This document shows positions 19,138 through 29,263 of a DNA stretch of 64,000 nucleotides, piece after piece. This DNA is from Bacteroidota bacterium. Lineage in GTDB: Bacteria; Bacteroidota; Bacteroidia; Bacteroidales; FEN-979. The translations under genes were made by a program, and so were the position numbers. Position 1 is the stretch's first letter. Every line of letters begins with the position of its first letter. The stretch spans positions 2,608-66,607 of the forward strand of contig JAPLDK010000006.1 in assembly GCA_026391775.1 (NCBI GenBank), read 5' to 3'. The notes under the pieces are model-generated. The model was not told the origin of the DNA, did no database searches, and was given only the letters and a program-made list of their open reading frames with translations.

Positions 19138-19895
19138 ACAGCAAGCCCTGCCGGTTCGGACTGATCGGTTACCCGCTTGAACATACCGCATCAGCCAGGT
19201 ATTTCGCGAAAAAGTTTGAACGCGAAGGATTATCAGATTATTCTTATTCCCTTTTTCCTTTAATGAATGTGGATGAGGTAAGGCATTTGATCTCAGGCAC
19301 TCCCGGTTTGCAAGGTCTCAATGTAACAATACCTTACAAACAAAGTATTATTCCCTTTCTTGACCGCCTCGACCCTGTCGCAGAAGAGATCGGGGCTGTG
19401 AATACTGTGGCAATAAGGCCATCAGGCCAAGGGTTTGAGCTTACCGGGTATAATACGGATGCCGAGGGTTTCAGGAGGTCTTTGAGACCTGATTTCCATC
19501 ATAAACAAGGGCTGGTTCTCGGGACAGGAGGCTCTTCAAAAGCTGTTACCTACATCCTGAGGAAGATGAGTCTGGTGGTTTTGAAAGCCTCAAGGACCCT
19601 GAAACAAGAAGGAGTAATCAGCTATCAGGAAATCAACGGGGATATTCTTGAAAAATATACATTTATTGTGAATTGTACCCCAGTGGGGATGTTCCCTGAT
19701 GTGTATGCGGTCCCCGACCTGCCTTTCAGCCTCCTGAGGCCATATCATGAGGTGTATGACCTGATCTACAACCCGGTTGAAACCATGCTTTTACGGTTTG
19801 CCCGTGAAGCAGGCACAAAGGTGCAGAATGGTCAGAAAATGCTGGAACTGCAGGCGGAGCTGGCGTTTGATATATGGATGGGCGCCCGACCCTGA
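19134..19895 (+). CDS. aroE: Shikimate 5-dehydrogenase
   Basis: FGLIGYPLEHTASARYF, LNVTIPYKQ, GTGGSSKAV. The TTG start overlaps the comA stop (TTGA). Confidence 0.85.
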   Translation: MNSKPCRFGLIGYPLEHTASARYFAKKFEREGLSDYSYSLFPLMNVDEVRHLISGTPGLQGLNVTIPYKQSIIPFLDRLDPVAEEIGAVNTVAIRPSGQGFELTGYNTDAEGFRRSLRPDFHHKQGLVLGTGGSSKAVTYILRKMSLVVLKASRTLKQEGVISYQEINGDILEKYTFIVNCTPVGMFPDVYAVPDLPFSLLRPYHEVYDLIYNPVETMLLRFAREAGTKVQNGQKMLELQAELAFDIWMGARP

Positions 19896-19929
19896 TGTGG
19901 ATTTGATCCTAAATCGAAATTCGTAATTT

Positions 19930-20190
19930 CTAAGCTTTCTTCTCCAGCTCATCATTACGGATGACCTCTATCTGCAGATGGGCAACCATAGCGGCGATGG
20001 CGCCAACTGCAGCCAGCATAGGCGCAATCAGAGCTCCAATCACACCCACGGTTACAGGGATCTCAAGATAAACCTTACCGGTCTCATCCTTGATGATAAG
20101 CTTTCTCACATTTCCTTCGTGAATGAGCTGCCTGACTTTTTCAACGAGTTCTTCACTTTTAACCTTGAATTCTTCCTTAATATTTTCCAT
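19930..20190 (-). CDS. DUF4342-like small membrane-associated protein
   Basis: MENIKEEFKVKSEELVEKVRQLIHEGNVRKLIIKDETGKVYLEIPVTVGVIGALIAPMLAAVGAIAA. The longest ORF (TTG) extends to 20235. Confidence 0.5.
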   Translation of the reverse strand: MENIKEEFKVKSEELVEKVRQLIHEGNVRKLIIKDETGKVYLEIPVTVGVIGALIAPMLAAVGAIAAMVAHLQIEVIRNDELEKKA

Positions 20191-20254
20191 GACATTTTCT
20201 ATTAACTTTTCAGTATGACGAAGCCCTGGCTCCAATGTTACATTTTGACAATAC

Positions 20255-21634
20255 TTACTTCAACAACATCTTCAATATCCGTAGTTTACCCCTGTATGGC
20301 GGATACCTTACAGGAACATCCATCCTGGTCGATTTGCTGATCACCGACCGCTGATGAGAGAATGTTTCAAAACTATATCGGCCATGATACTTTCCCATAC
20401 CCGAATTCCCGACTCCTCCGAAAGGCATATTCGGATTGGCCACATGGGTAATGACGTCGTTGATGCAGGCACCGCCTGAGGAGGTCTTCCCCAGGACTTC
20501 AGCCTGTCTTGAACTGTCTTCAGAAAAATAATACAGGGCCAGTGGCTTGGAATGAGAGTTGATAAAAGTGAAGACTTCGCTGATGTTTGAGAACTCCATG
20601 ACAGGCAGAATTGGACCAAAGATCTCTTCCTGCATGATGGGATCACCCGGCTTTACGTTATCAAGTATGGTTGGAGAAACAAAGCGGTCCAGAATGTCGA
20701 CTTCACCCCCGGCGATGATTCTTCCCTGCCCCAGGAAGCCTGCGAGTCTTTGCGTTTTTATTTCGCTGACAATGCGGGTCAGATCCTTGCTTTCCCTGGG
20801 ATTAGTTCCAAAGTATTGGGTAATTTTATTACTCATTAGTCGAAGGAATTCATTTTTCACGGAGGTATGAACAAACAGATAATCCGGGGCAATACAGGTT
20901 TGGCCTGCATTCAGAAATTTACCCCATGCGATGCGGTTTGCGGCCACTTTAAGATTTGCATCGGAATCAACGATACAAGGACTTTTTCCTCCAAGTTCAA
21001 GTACAACCGGACTAAGGTTCCTGGCTGCGGATTCCATCACGATCCGGCCCACAGCAGGGCTTCCTGTAAAGAAAATCTGGTCCCATTTCTCCTCAAGTAA
21101 AGCCTTGCTCAGTTCAACCTCCCCGTTAAAAAATGAAATGTACCTGGGATTAAAGAATTCCACTATCATTTCTTCCATGACCCCTGCTATAGTTGGTGTA
21201 AGTTCGGAAGGTTTAAGGGCAACGCAGTTTCCTGCCGAAAGAGCTCCAATAAGGGGATTGATCAGTAGCTGAAAAGGATAATTCCAGGGAGCCATGATCA
21301 GCACCAGCCCGTAAGGTTCCTGGTATATCCTGCTTTTTGACCAGAAATGAAGCAGTTGGTTTGTACCTACTTTCCTGGGTTTTGCCCAATGGTGAAGATT
21401 TCGTATATGCCGCCCCGTTTCCTCAAGCACCAGCCCGATCTCGGTCTCATACACCTCAAACTTTGACTTTCTGAGGTCCTTCCAAAAGGCTTCATATAGC
21501 CGGTCCTCATATTTGAGGATTGCTTTTCTCAGAGTCTTTAACTGCTCAAGCCTGAACTCAAGGTCCTTGGTTTTGTGTGTGAAAAAAAATTCACGCTGTG
21601 CCTGCAGGACAGATGAGATGTTCTCTATATTCAT
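20255..21634 (-). CDS. Aldehyde dehydrogenase (class-3-like, NAD(P)+)
   Basis: ELGGKSP (catalytic Glu), NAGQTCIAPDY (catalytic Cys), FTGS, EEIFGP. 459 aa. Confidence 0.9.
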   Translation of the reverse strand: MNIENISSVLQAQREFFFTHKTKDLEFRLEQLKTLRKAILKYEDRLYEAFWKDLRKSKFEVYETEIGLVLEETGRHIRNLHHWAKPRKVGTNQLLHFWSKSRIYQEPYGLVLIMAPWNYPFQLLINPLIGALSAGNCVALKPSELTPTIAGVMEEMIVEFFNPRYISFFNGEVELSKALLEEKWDQIFFTGSPAVGRIVMESAARNLSPVVLELGGKSPCIVDSDANLKVAANRIAWGKFLNAGQTCIAPDYLFVHTSVKNEFLRLMSNKITQYFGTNPRESKDLTRIVSEIKTQRLAGFLGQGRIIAGGEVDILDRFVSPTILDNVKPGDPIMQEEIFGPILPVMEFSNISEVFTFINSHSKPLALYYFSEDSSRQAEVLGKTSSGGACINDVITHVANPNMPFGGVGNSGMGKYHGRYSFETFSHQRSVISKSTRMDVPVRYPPYRGKLRILKMLLK

Positions 21635-21682
21635 TGTTCAATAAATTAATTCCGTAATTTCGCTACTTCGCTATTTACAATT

Positions 21683-21690
21683 CAAAGGTA
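21683..21690 (-). promoter_or_regulatory. -7 promoter element TAnnTTTG upstream of the aldehyde dehydrogenase gene
   Basis: The reverse strand reads TACCTTTG, about 48 nt before the ATG at 21634. Confidence 0.35.
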
Positions 21691-21759
21691 CTTATTTCCA
21701 TCTCCTCAAAAAAATTAAGCAGATTCTCATGTACATTTGGTAAATTCCAAAGAATTATG

Positions 21760-21767
21760 TAATTTTG
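21760..21767 (+). promoter_or_regulatory. -7 promoter element TAnnTTTG (with -33 TTTG at 21736-21739) upstream of rpsO
   Basis: TAATTTTG. A TTTG lies 20 nt upstream, matching the published Bacteroides -33/-7 spacing. Confidence 0.5.
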
Positions 21768-21817
21768 CAGCCCGATTTTAATACCCTGAAAAATACGTTA
21801 AATTAAGTTGTCAGAAA

Positions 21818-22087
21818 ATGAATTTAGCACCTGAAGTAAAGAAGAAAGCATTTAAAGAGCACGGAAAATCTGAGTTTGACACTGGTTCGGCTGAGGCTCA
21901 GATCGCATTGTTTACCATGAAAATCCAGCATCTTACCGAGCACCTGAAAGTGAATAAAAAAGACATGGCCACCGAAAGATCATTGGTTGCCCTTGTTGGA
22001 AAACGTCGTCGTTTGCTCGATTTCCTGAAGAAAAAAGAGATAAGCCGTTACAGGGCTATCATCAAGAAACTGAATATCCGTAAATAA
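21818..22087 (+). CDS. rpsO: 30S ribosomal protein S15
   Basis: 89 aa. GSAEAQIALFTMKIQHLTEHLKVNKKDMATERSLVALVGKRRRLLDFLKK. Conserved rpsO-pnp synteny. Confidence 0.95.
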   Translation: MNLAPEVKKKAFKEHGKSEFDTGSAEAQIALFTMKIQHLTEHLKVNKKDMATERSLVALVGKRRRLLDFLKKKEISRYRAIIKKLNIRK

Positions 22088-22110
22088 ATTATTTCTTTAC
22101 GGAATTGTAA

Positions 22111-22140
22111 AAGAGGCAATTCATTCAATTGCCTCTTTTA
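22111..22140 (+). terminator. Rho-independent terminator after rpsO
   Basis: AAGAGGCAATT-cattc-AATTGCCTCTT hairpin followed by TTTA. Confidence 0.65.
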
Positions 22141-22232
22141 CTATCTGAAAGACTGTAAGAATTTCATCCCGGGCTTACAGCTTCCTTTAATAAACCAGAA
22201 AATCCGGGCCCATACATAAACGAATTATTCCA

Positions 22233-24449
22233 ATGAACCCTATTTTAAAAACTTTCCAGCTTCCCGACGGCCGCGAGGTAAGTATTGAAACCGGACGCCT
22301 TGCAAAGCAGGCTGACGGATCCGTTGTCGTCAGGCTGGGCGATACTATGTTACTGGCCACCGTGGTAGCCAGGCAGGAAGCCGGCGAGAATGTCGATTTT
22401 ATGCCGCTTTCGGTTGAATACCGCGAAAAATATGCCGCAGCCGGCCGTTTTCCCGGCGGTTTTTTCAAACGCGAAACCAGGCCTTCCGACTATGAAGTAC
22501 TGATCGCACGTCTTGTCGACCGCGTTTTGAGGCCTTTATTCCCCGATGATTTTCATGCCGAAGTCCAGGTGATCATCACGCTCATCTCTGCCGATAAAAA
22601 TATTATGCCGGATGCGCTGGCAGGCCTCGCTGCCTCTGCAGCCCTTGCCGTCAGCGACATTCCTTTCCTGGGCCCCATTTCGGAAGTCCGCGTGGCCAGG
22701 ATCAACGGCCGGTTCGTTGTTAATCCCAACATTTCCGACCTCGCCAATGCCGATATCGACATTCTGGTTGGCGCAACCATGGAAAACATCATGATGGTTG
22801 AAGGTGAAATGAAAGAAGTTTCGGAAAACGATATGGTGGAAGCCCTCCGTTTTGCACATGAAGCTATCAAAATACAATGCCAGGCCCAGATTGACCTTGC
22901 CTCTCAGGTTGAGTCATCAACAGTTAAGCGTGTATACTGCCACGAAGTCAACGACGCAGAATACATGCAGAAAATACATGCCGCCTGCTACGACAAGATC
23001 TATGCTATGGCAGCCAAAGGCGTTGCCGATAAACACGAACGCAAGAACATTCTTGACACGATAAAGGAAGAATTCCTTGCAACCCTTACCGAGGAGGATA
23101 AATTAAAGTTTGCACCGATGACCGGCCGCTATTACCATCACCTGGAAAAGGAAGCCATCAGGAATGCAACCCTCGATGCACGTGTTCGCGTTGACGGACG
23201 CAAGCTCGATCAAATCCGCCCGATCTGGACCTTGGTAGATTATCTTCCCGCAGCCCACGGCTCGGCAATTTTTACCAGGGGTGAAACCCAGTCGCTGACC
23301 ACGGTCACCCTGGGCACAAAGCTCGATGAACAGGTAATCGACGGCGCAGTGATTGAAGGCAAAACAAATTTCATGCTGCATTATAACTTCCCTCCCTTTG
23401 CAACCAAAGAAGTGAAGCCTATCCGCAGCACCAGCAGAAGGGAGATCGGCCACGGCAATCTCGCACTGCGGGCATTGAAGCCTGTCCTGCCTACCGACGT
23501 GGACAGCCATTATACAATCCGTATTGTTTCCGATATCCTGGAATCCAACGGTTCTTCTTCCATGGCGACGGTCTGTGCAGGAACCCTTGCGTTGATGGAT
23601 GCCGGTATTAAGATTAAAAAGCCCGTTTCCGGTATTGCAATGGGACTTATCACCGATACAAAGACCGGCAAATATGCAGTCCTCTCAGATATCCTTGGAG
23701 ATGAGGACCACCTTGGCGACATGGATTTCAAGGTTTGCGGTACTGCCGACGGCATAACTGCCTGCCAGATGGACATTAAATGTGACGGACTTTCCTACGA
23801 CATACTGAAAGAAGCCCTTGAACAGGCAAAACGCGGAAGAATGCATATCCTTGGCGAAATGGCCAAGACAATTAATGAACCGCGTGCAGATTACAAACCA
23901 TTCGTGCCCCGTATCACCCAGATCAAGATCCCCCGTGAATTTATCGGCGCTATTATCGGCCCCGGCGGAAAAGTCATCCAGGAAATGCAGCGTGAAACAG
24001 GTACTACTATCGTTATCGAAGAAGTTGGTGAATTCGGAGTTATTGATATCGTAGCCGACAATATTGCTGCAAGGGATGCCGTTCTTGACAAAATCAAACG
24101 CATTGTTGCTGTTCCTGAAGTTGGTGAGATTTACAAAGGCAAGGTGAAGAACATTCAGCCTTTTGGCGCTTTCATCGAAATCCTTCCAAACCAGGACGGG
24201 CTCCTGCATATTTCCGAGATCGAATGGAAACGGCTTGAAAAGGTTGAAGATGCGTTGAAAATCGGTGATGAAGTTGAAGTAAAACTCATCGAAGTCGATG
24301 CCAAGACCGGGAAACTTAAACTGTCAAGGAAAGTCCTGCTGCCCAAACCTGAAGGCTATGTCGAGCACAAAGAAAGCCAACGCAGCGGCCCGAGACCTGA
24401 GCACAGATCGGAACACAGGCCTGACCACAGGCATCCGAGAAATGACTAA
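22233..24449 (+). CDS. pnp: Polyribonucleotide nucleotidyltransferase (PNPase)
   Basis: Two RNase PH domains ([24 protein letters not shown]), KH ([20 protein letters not shown]) and S1 ([20 protein letters not shown]). 738 aa. Confidence 0.97.
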   Translation: MNPILKTFQLPDGREVSIETGRLAKQADGSVVVRLGDTMLLATVVARQEAGENVDFMPLSVEYREKYAAAGRFPGGFFKRETRPSDYEVLIARLVDRVLRPLFPDDFHAEVQVIITLISADKNIMPDALAGLAASAALAVSDIPFLGPISEVRVARINGRFVVNPNISDLANADIDILVGATMENIMMVEGEMKEVSENDMVEALRFAHEAIKIQCQAQIDLASQVESSTVKRVYCHEVNDAEYMQKIHAACYDKIYAMAAKGVADKHERKNILDTIKEEFLATLTEEDKLKFAPMTGRYYHHLEKEAIRNATLDARVRVDGRKLDQIRPIWTLVDYLPAAHGSAIFTRGETQSLTTVTLGTKLDEQVIDGAVIEGKTNFMLHYNFPPFATKEVKPIRSTSRREIGHGNLALRALKPVLPTDVDSHYTIRIVSDILESNGSSSMATVCAGTLALMDAGIKIKKPVSGIAMGLITDTKTGKYAVLSDILGDEDHLGDMDFKVCGTADGITACQMDIKCDGLSYDILKEALEQAKRGRMHILGEMAKTINEPRADYKPFVPRITQIKIPREFIGAIIGPGGKVIQEMQRETGTTIVIEEVGEFGVIDIVADNIAARDAVLDKIKRIVAVPEVGEIYKGKVKNIQPFGAFIEILPNQDGLLHISEIEWKRLEKVEDALKIGDEVEVKLIEVDAKTGKLKLSRKVLLPKPEGYVEHKESQRSGPRPEHRSEHRPDHRHPRND

Positions 24450-24454
24450 CTTTG
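24447..24454 (+). promoter_or_regulatory. -7 promoter element TAnnTTTG upstream of rpoD (overlaps the pnp stop codon)
   Basis: TAACTTTG, 62 nt before the rpoD ATG. Confidence 0.35.
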
Positions 24455-24516
24455 TAACCTTAGGACCAACTTTTCGTAAAATTGACCATACCCAGGTTTA
24501 AAAAAGGAAATCGCGC

Positions 24517-25380
24517 ATGAGGCAGCTGAAAATCACCAAACAGGTTACCAACCGCGAAACCGCGTCATTAGACAAGTATCTCCAGGAAATCGGTAAAGTT
24601 GAATTGATCACCGCCGATGAAGAGGTATCCCTTGCCCAACGCATAAAGCAGGGCGACCAGGGTGCACTGGAGAAACTTACCAAGGCAAACCTGCGTTTTG
24701 TGGTTTCAGTGTCGAAACAATACCAGAACCAGGGGCTCAGCCTTCCCGACCTGATCAACGAAGGGAACCTGGGCCTGATCAAGGCTGCGCAGCGTTTTGA
24801 CGAAACCCGTGGTTTTAAATTCATCTCCTATGCAGTGTGGTGGATCCGTCAGTCAATCCTTCAGGCCCTTGCCGAACAGTCCAGGATCGTGCGCCTTCCC
24901 CTGAACAAGATCGGTTCCATCAACAAGATCAACAAAGCATACGCCCAGTTGGAACAACAGTACGAGAGGGAACCGAATTCCGACGAGATCGCCCGCCTTC
25001 TCGAAATCAGTGAGAATGAGGTCAAGGAATCTCTCCGCAACTCCGGCCGCCATGTTTCCATGGACGCTCCCCTGATACAGGACGAAGACAATACCATGTA
25101 CGACGTCCTCAAAGGTGAAGAGAACACAACCCCGGATAACGGTCTTCTTTATGAATCTTTGAAAAAGGAAATAGAACGTGCGGTTTCAACGCTTACACAA
25201 AGAGAAGCCGATGTGATCCGATTATATTTCGGCCTTAACGGCAGCCACCCGATGACCCTCGAAGAGATCGGCGAACGCTTCGACCTCACACGCGAACGTG
25301 TGCGTCAGATCAAGGAAAAAGCCATAAGACGTTTGAAACATACGTCGAGGAGTAAGATATTGAAAACGTATCTCGGGTAA
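24517..25380 (+). CDS. rpoD: Primary RNA polymerase sigma factor (Bacteroidota short sigma-A)
   Basis: [18 protein letters not shown] (region 2.2), [10 protein letters not shown] (2.4), [27 protein letters not shown] (4.2). 287 aa, lacking region 1.1, as in Bacteroidota. Confidence 0.93.
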   Translation: MRQLKITKQVTNRETASLDKYLQEIGKVELITADEEVSLAQRIKQGDQGALEKLTKANLRFVVSVSKQYQNQGLSLPDLINEGNLGLIKAAQRFDETRGFKFISYAVWWIRQSILQALAEQSRIVRLPLNKIGSINKINKAYAQLEQQYEREPNSDEIARLLEISENEVKESLRNSGRHVSMDAPLIQDEDNTMYDVLKGEENTTPDNGLLYESLKKEIERAVSTLTQREADVIRLYFGLNGSHPMTLEEIGERFDLTRERVRQIKEKAIRRLKHTSRSKILKTYLG

Positions 25381-25418
25381 AATGTGAATGATTGGGATTA
25401 GTATTGAATTTGAATAGA

Positions 25419-25513
25419 GAATACTCGAATACCGAATTTTGAATTACGAATGAAGGTATTACATTAAAATTCATAATTCTTAATTCGATTGTTCGATTAT
25501 TCGAATATTTTTT
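25419..25513 (+). terminator. Long imperfect AT-rich inverted repeat plus T-run between rpoD and rpe (terminator or structured RNA)
   Basis: The outer arms gaatactcgaataccgaatt (25419-25438) and aattcgattgttcgattattc (25482-25502) are near-complementary. The inner arms gaattacgaat (25441-25451) and attcataattc (25469-25479) have 1 mismatch. TTTTTT follows at 25508-25513. Confidence 0.35.
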
Positions 25514-25531
25514 ACGCTTAATTTTTCCTGT

Positions 25532-26182
25532 ATGCCCCACCTGGTTGCCCCATCCCTCCTCAGTGCCAACTTCCTTAATCTCGAGAAGGACATTGAGATG
25601 GTTAACCGCAGCCAGGCCGACTGGTTTCATCTGGATGTGATGGATGGTGTTTTTGTTCCCAATATTTCTTTCGGGCTTCCAATAATTGAAAAGATCAAAA
25701 AGGCCACCATTAAGCCTTTCGACGTCCACCTCATGATCATCGATCCCGACCGCTTTGTGGAGAGATTCCGCAAGGCCGGCGCCGATATTATCAGTGTACA
25801 TGCCGAAGCATGTACCCACCTGCACCGTTCGGTATACCTGATTAAAAATACAGGCGCAAAAGCAGGTGTTGTGCTCAATCCCCATTCACCGGTGAGCCTG
25901 CTTACCGAGATAATCAATGATACGGATATGGTGCTGCTGATGAGTGTAAACCCCGGATTCGGCGGACAGAAATTCATTGAGAACACTTACGCTAAAGTCA
26001 GGGACCTCAAAGAACTTATCCTGAAAAAGAATTCCTCTGCCACAATCGAAATCGATGGTGGCATTGACCTTAATAATGCCCCCCTGCTGGTAAATGAAGG
26101 TGTCGATATCCTGGTTGCCGGCAATACAGTTTTTGCCTCTTCAAACCCCGAAGAGACAATAAGGTTGTTAAAGAATTTCTGA
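25532..26182 (+). CDS. rpe: Ribulose-phosphate 3-epimerase
   Basis: PSLLSANF, HLDVMDGVFVPNISFG, SVNPGFGGQKF, EIDGGI. Confidence 0.93.
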   Translation: MPHLVAPSLLSANFLNLEKDIEMVNRSQADWFHLDVMDGVFVPNISFGLPIIEKIKKATIKPFDVHLMIIDPDRFVERFRKAGADIISVHAEACTHLHRSVYLIKNTGAKAGVVLNPHSPVSLLTEIINDTDMVLLMSVNPGFGGQKFIENTYAKVRDLKELILKKNSSATIEIDGGIDLNNAPLLVNEGVDILVAGNTVFASSNPEETIRLLKNF

Positions 26183-26246
26183 CCCTCCACGCCTTTTCAT
26201 TTTTCTTTTTTGCTATTTTTACATTTCATTTTCCTTATGAACCATT

Positions 26247-26837
26247 ATGGATTTCCAGGGAGCAAAATCTTTTATTATCCGGGAACTGCGCAGGGAACTT
26301 AACCCATTATACAGCTACCACTGCATTGGACACACCCTTGATGTCCATACTGCAGCACAAATGCTGATCGGAATGGAAGGTATTCCCGAAAAGGAAGCCG
26401 GTCTCATTGAAATTGCTGCCCTGTACCATGATTCAGGAATGATCCTGACGTACAAAAACCATGAGGATGCTTCAGCAGAACTCGCTTCCCGTTTTCTTCC
26501 CGACTTTGGCTTCTCCAAAAAGGATATCAGCATAATCAACAGCCTGATCATGGTAACATGTCTTCCTCAGAGAGCTTCATCTATTGCAGAACAGGTACTA
26601 TGCGATGCTGATCTGGATTACCTTGGCCGGGAAGACTTTTTCATTCACTCTTTCGAACTGCAGAATGAATGGAACCATTTCGGGATCAGGAAAACGGATC
26701 TTAGCGAATGGCTCGACATACAGATAAAATTCCTCAGCGAACACACTTATTTCACAAAATCCGCAGCCTTTTTACGGAATAAGAAAAAATCAGAGAACCT
26801 TAATGAAATAACAACCTTATGGCAACAAAAAAATTAA
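26247..26837 (+). CDS. HD-domain metal-dependent phosphohydrolase
   Basis: H...HD signature: HCIGHTLDVH ... AALYHDSG ... CDADLDYLG. Confidence 0.75.
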   Translation: MDFQGAKSFIIRELRRELNPLYSYHCIGHTLDVHTAAQMLIGMEGIPEKEAGLIEIAALYHDSGMILTYKNHEDASAELASRFLPDFGFSKKDISIINSLIMVTCLPQRASSIAEQVLCDADLDYLGREDFFIHSFELQNEWNHFGIRKTDLSEWLDIQIKFLSEHTYFTKSAAFLRNKKKSENLNEITTLWQQKN

Positions 26838-27703
26838 AAGAGACCAAGTACGACAACATCATCCTGATCCCTACCGATTTCTCCGAAGTATGCGGAAATG
26901 CGGTTATCCACGGCATTCACCTTGCCCGTTTTCTAAAATACAAAGCGGTCATCCTCCATGTCATCAACAATGAGACAAAGTCGGCTTTAAAGAAGAAAAA
27001 AGTTGGAACCGATTATGTTGAAAAAAGGCTGAAAGAATACAAAGCGTATTACGAGAAAAAATACGATGTTATTGTTGACACAATTGCGGAAGAAGGCAGC
27101 ATTTTCAGCACTATTAACGAAGTTGCCTCCAGATTAAAGGCCAATATGATGATCCTGGGTACACACGGAAAGAAAGGCCTGCAGCATGTGTTTGGCAGTT
27201 ATGCCCTCCGTGTCGTTTCAGAATCACCCGTTCCAGTCATCGTGGTACAGAAAAGATCGTTCAAACAGGGTTACCAGAACATTGTTCTGCCGGTTTCCAA
27301 TGATCTTGAATCAAGGCAAGCCGTTCAGTGGGTAAAAATGATCGCGAAACTGTTCAAATCGAAGATCCATATTTTCCAGGCTGTTGAAGCCGACAAAGGG
27401 CTTAACAGCCGCCTGAAGATAATTGCACGTCAGATCACCGATGCTTTCAACGAAGAAAACATTAACCATGAAATCACCTATGCTGAGCCAAAGGGTGATT
27501 TTGCAAAGCAGCTGCTTTCTTATGCTGCCGTGAATCATGCCGATATGATCATGATCATGACCAGGCCAAATATCGACGTTCCCGGCTTCAGCATGTCGGC
27601 CTGGGATGAAAAACTGATGTTCAACGAAGCCCAGATCCCGGTAATGTGTATCAACCCTATTGAACTCGGGTATTACTATTACGAGTGGATCCAACTGGCC
27701 TGA
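26819..27703 (+). CDS. Tandem universal stress protein (UspA) domain protein
   Basis: Two Usp-like halves (ILIPTDFSE ... MMILGTHGKKGL ... SPVPVIVV; NIVLPVSND ... MIMIMTRP ... AQIPVMCI). Confidence 0.75.
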   Translation: MATKKLKETKYDNIILIPTDFSEVCGNAVIHGIHLARFLKYKAVILHVINNETKSALKKKKVGTDYVEKRLKEYKAYYEKKYDVIVDTIAEEGSIFSTINEVASRLKANMMILGTHGKKGLQHVFGSYALRVVSESPVPVIVVQKRSFKQGYQNIVLPVSNDLESRQAVQWVKMIAKLFKSKIHIFQAVEADKGLNSRLKIIARQITDAFNEENINHEITYAEPKGDFAKQLLSYAAVNHADMIMIMTRPNIDVPGFSMSAWDEKLMFNEAQIPVMCINPIELGYYYYEWIQLA

Positions 27704-27714
27704 GATTAAACCGA

Positions 27715-29247
27715 ATGCGGATCCGTAAATACTGGGACGATCAGCCCCTGATACTGATCATGGCTCTGGCAATACTTTTCCGTTTGCTGGCTGCTATCTT
27801 TGCAAAAGGCTGGGGAATGTTTGATGATCATTATATTGTCATCGAATCGGCCCAGTCATGGGTCGACGGCCATGATTACAATAACTGGCTGCCGGGGAGC
27901 CAGGGGAATACAGGTCCCACCGGGCATAATCTGTTTTATCCGGGGTTTAACTTTTTGTTCTTCTCACTGATGAAACTTATTCATATCCATGATCCCCAGG
28001 TGAAAATGCTGTTTATGAGGCTTCTTCTGGCTGCATGGTCACTGGTCATAGTTTTCTACGGATACAAGATCACCGAAACCCTTGATGGCAAAAAATCAGC
28101 CCGGCTTGCAGGCATACTGCTGGCCTTGTTCTGGTTCATGCCCTGGTTGAGCGTAAGGAACCTGGTGGAAATGGTTTGCGTGCCATTTATCATCCTTGGA
28201 TTCTGGTTTATAATTAAACCTGAAAGCAAAAAAAAACCGGTCCTTTCCTGGTTTATATCAGGTCTCTTCCTGGGCCTGGCCACCGATATACGTCTGCAGG
28301 CAGTGTTTTTCCCCCTGGGCCTCGGAATATGGCTGCTATTCACCGGAAAATTCAAATACCTGCTTTCCTTTACGGCCGGTTCCATTCTGACATTCAGCCT
28401 GGTGCAGGGCGGTATTGACCTTGTTATCTGGGGCAAGCCTTTTATTGAGATTTATTCATACACCGCATTATGTTTCAATGAAAGAAACGATTATATAAGC
28501 CTTCCGTGGTATGATTTTTTTCTTGTTATTGGCGGAATGCTGATCCCCCCGGTAAGCATTTTCCTTTTCTGGGGGTTTATCCGGAAATGGGAAAAACTAT
28601 TCTTTATCATCTTTCCCATCCTGCTTTTCTTTGTTTTCCATTCCTGGGTCCCGAATAAACAGGAAAGGTTTATCATTCCCATGATCCCTCTGTTAATCAT
28701 GATCGGCAGTATCGGATGGATGGAATTCCGCGAGAGGTCGGTTTACTGGTCCCGGCATAAAACATTTTTGCGTTCGTGCTGGATAACTTTCTGGGTCTTG
28801 AATTCCATTATGTTACTGGTTTTCACTTTCACTTATTCGAAGAAGTCCATGGCTGAAAGCATGGGGTATCTTTCAAAATACCCTGATATACAATACATGA
28901 CATCTATCGACGATGGGAATAACCCGGAAATGTTCCCAAAATATTACCTCGGCCAATGGCCGGTCATGAGCAATGAAAAGAACGGGGACCGGAGCCTTGA
29001 CAGCATTCTTGTATATTCTCTCAAAAGAGGGAATGCGGATGCTCCCAGGTTCGTGCTTTTTACCGGGGACAGAGACATTGCCCCCATGGTAGTCAAAGCG
29101 AGGCAATACCTTCCGCTCCTGGTTTACGAAACAACCATAAAACCCGGGTTCATCGACAGGCTTGTGCATTGGCTGAATCCCATCAACAGGAATAAAACCG
29201 TATATATATACAGGAATGCCGGATTCTTTCCTGAAAAGAAACAATAG
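27715..29247 (+). CDS. Polytopic GT-C-fold glycosyltransferase (GT22/GT39/GT83-like, ArnT/PMT-type)
   Basis: At least 10 predicted TM helices. The first-loop acidic motif GMFDDHYIVIESAQ resembles the DE/DD loop of lipid-linked-sugar transferases. The longest ORF starts at GTG 27685. Confidence 0.6.
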   Translation: MRIRKYWDDQPLILIMALAILFRLLAAIFAKGWGMFDDHYIVIESAQSWVDGHDYNNWLPGSQGNTGPTGHNLFYPGFNFLFFSLMKLIHIHDPQVKMLFMRLLLAAWSLVIVFYGYKITETLDGKKSARLAGILLALFWFMPWLSVRNLVEMVCVPFIILGFWFIIKPESKKKPVLSWFISGLFLGLATDIRLQAVFFPLGLGIWLLFTGKFKYLLSFTAGSILTFSLVQGGIDLVIWGKPFIEIYSYTALCFNERNDYISLPWYDFFLVIGGMLIPPVSIFLFWGFIRKWEKLFFIIFPILLFFVFHSWVPNKQERFIIPMIPLLIMIGSIGWMEFRERSVYWSRHKTFLRSCWITFWVLNSIMLLVFTFTYSKKSMAESMGYLSKYPDIQYMTSIDDGNNPEMFPKYYLGQWPVMSNEKNGDRSLDSILVYSLKRGNADAPRFVLFTGDRDIAPMVVKARQYLPLLVYETTIKPGFIDRLVHWLNPINRNKTVYIYRNAGFFPEKKQ

Positions 29248-29263
29248 AAGACAGCGAAAACTG

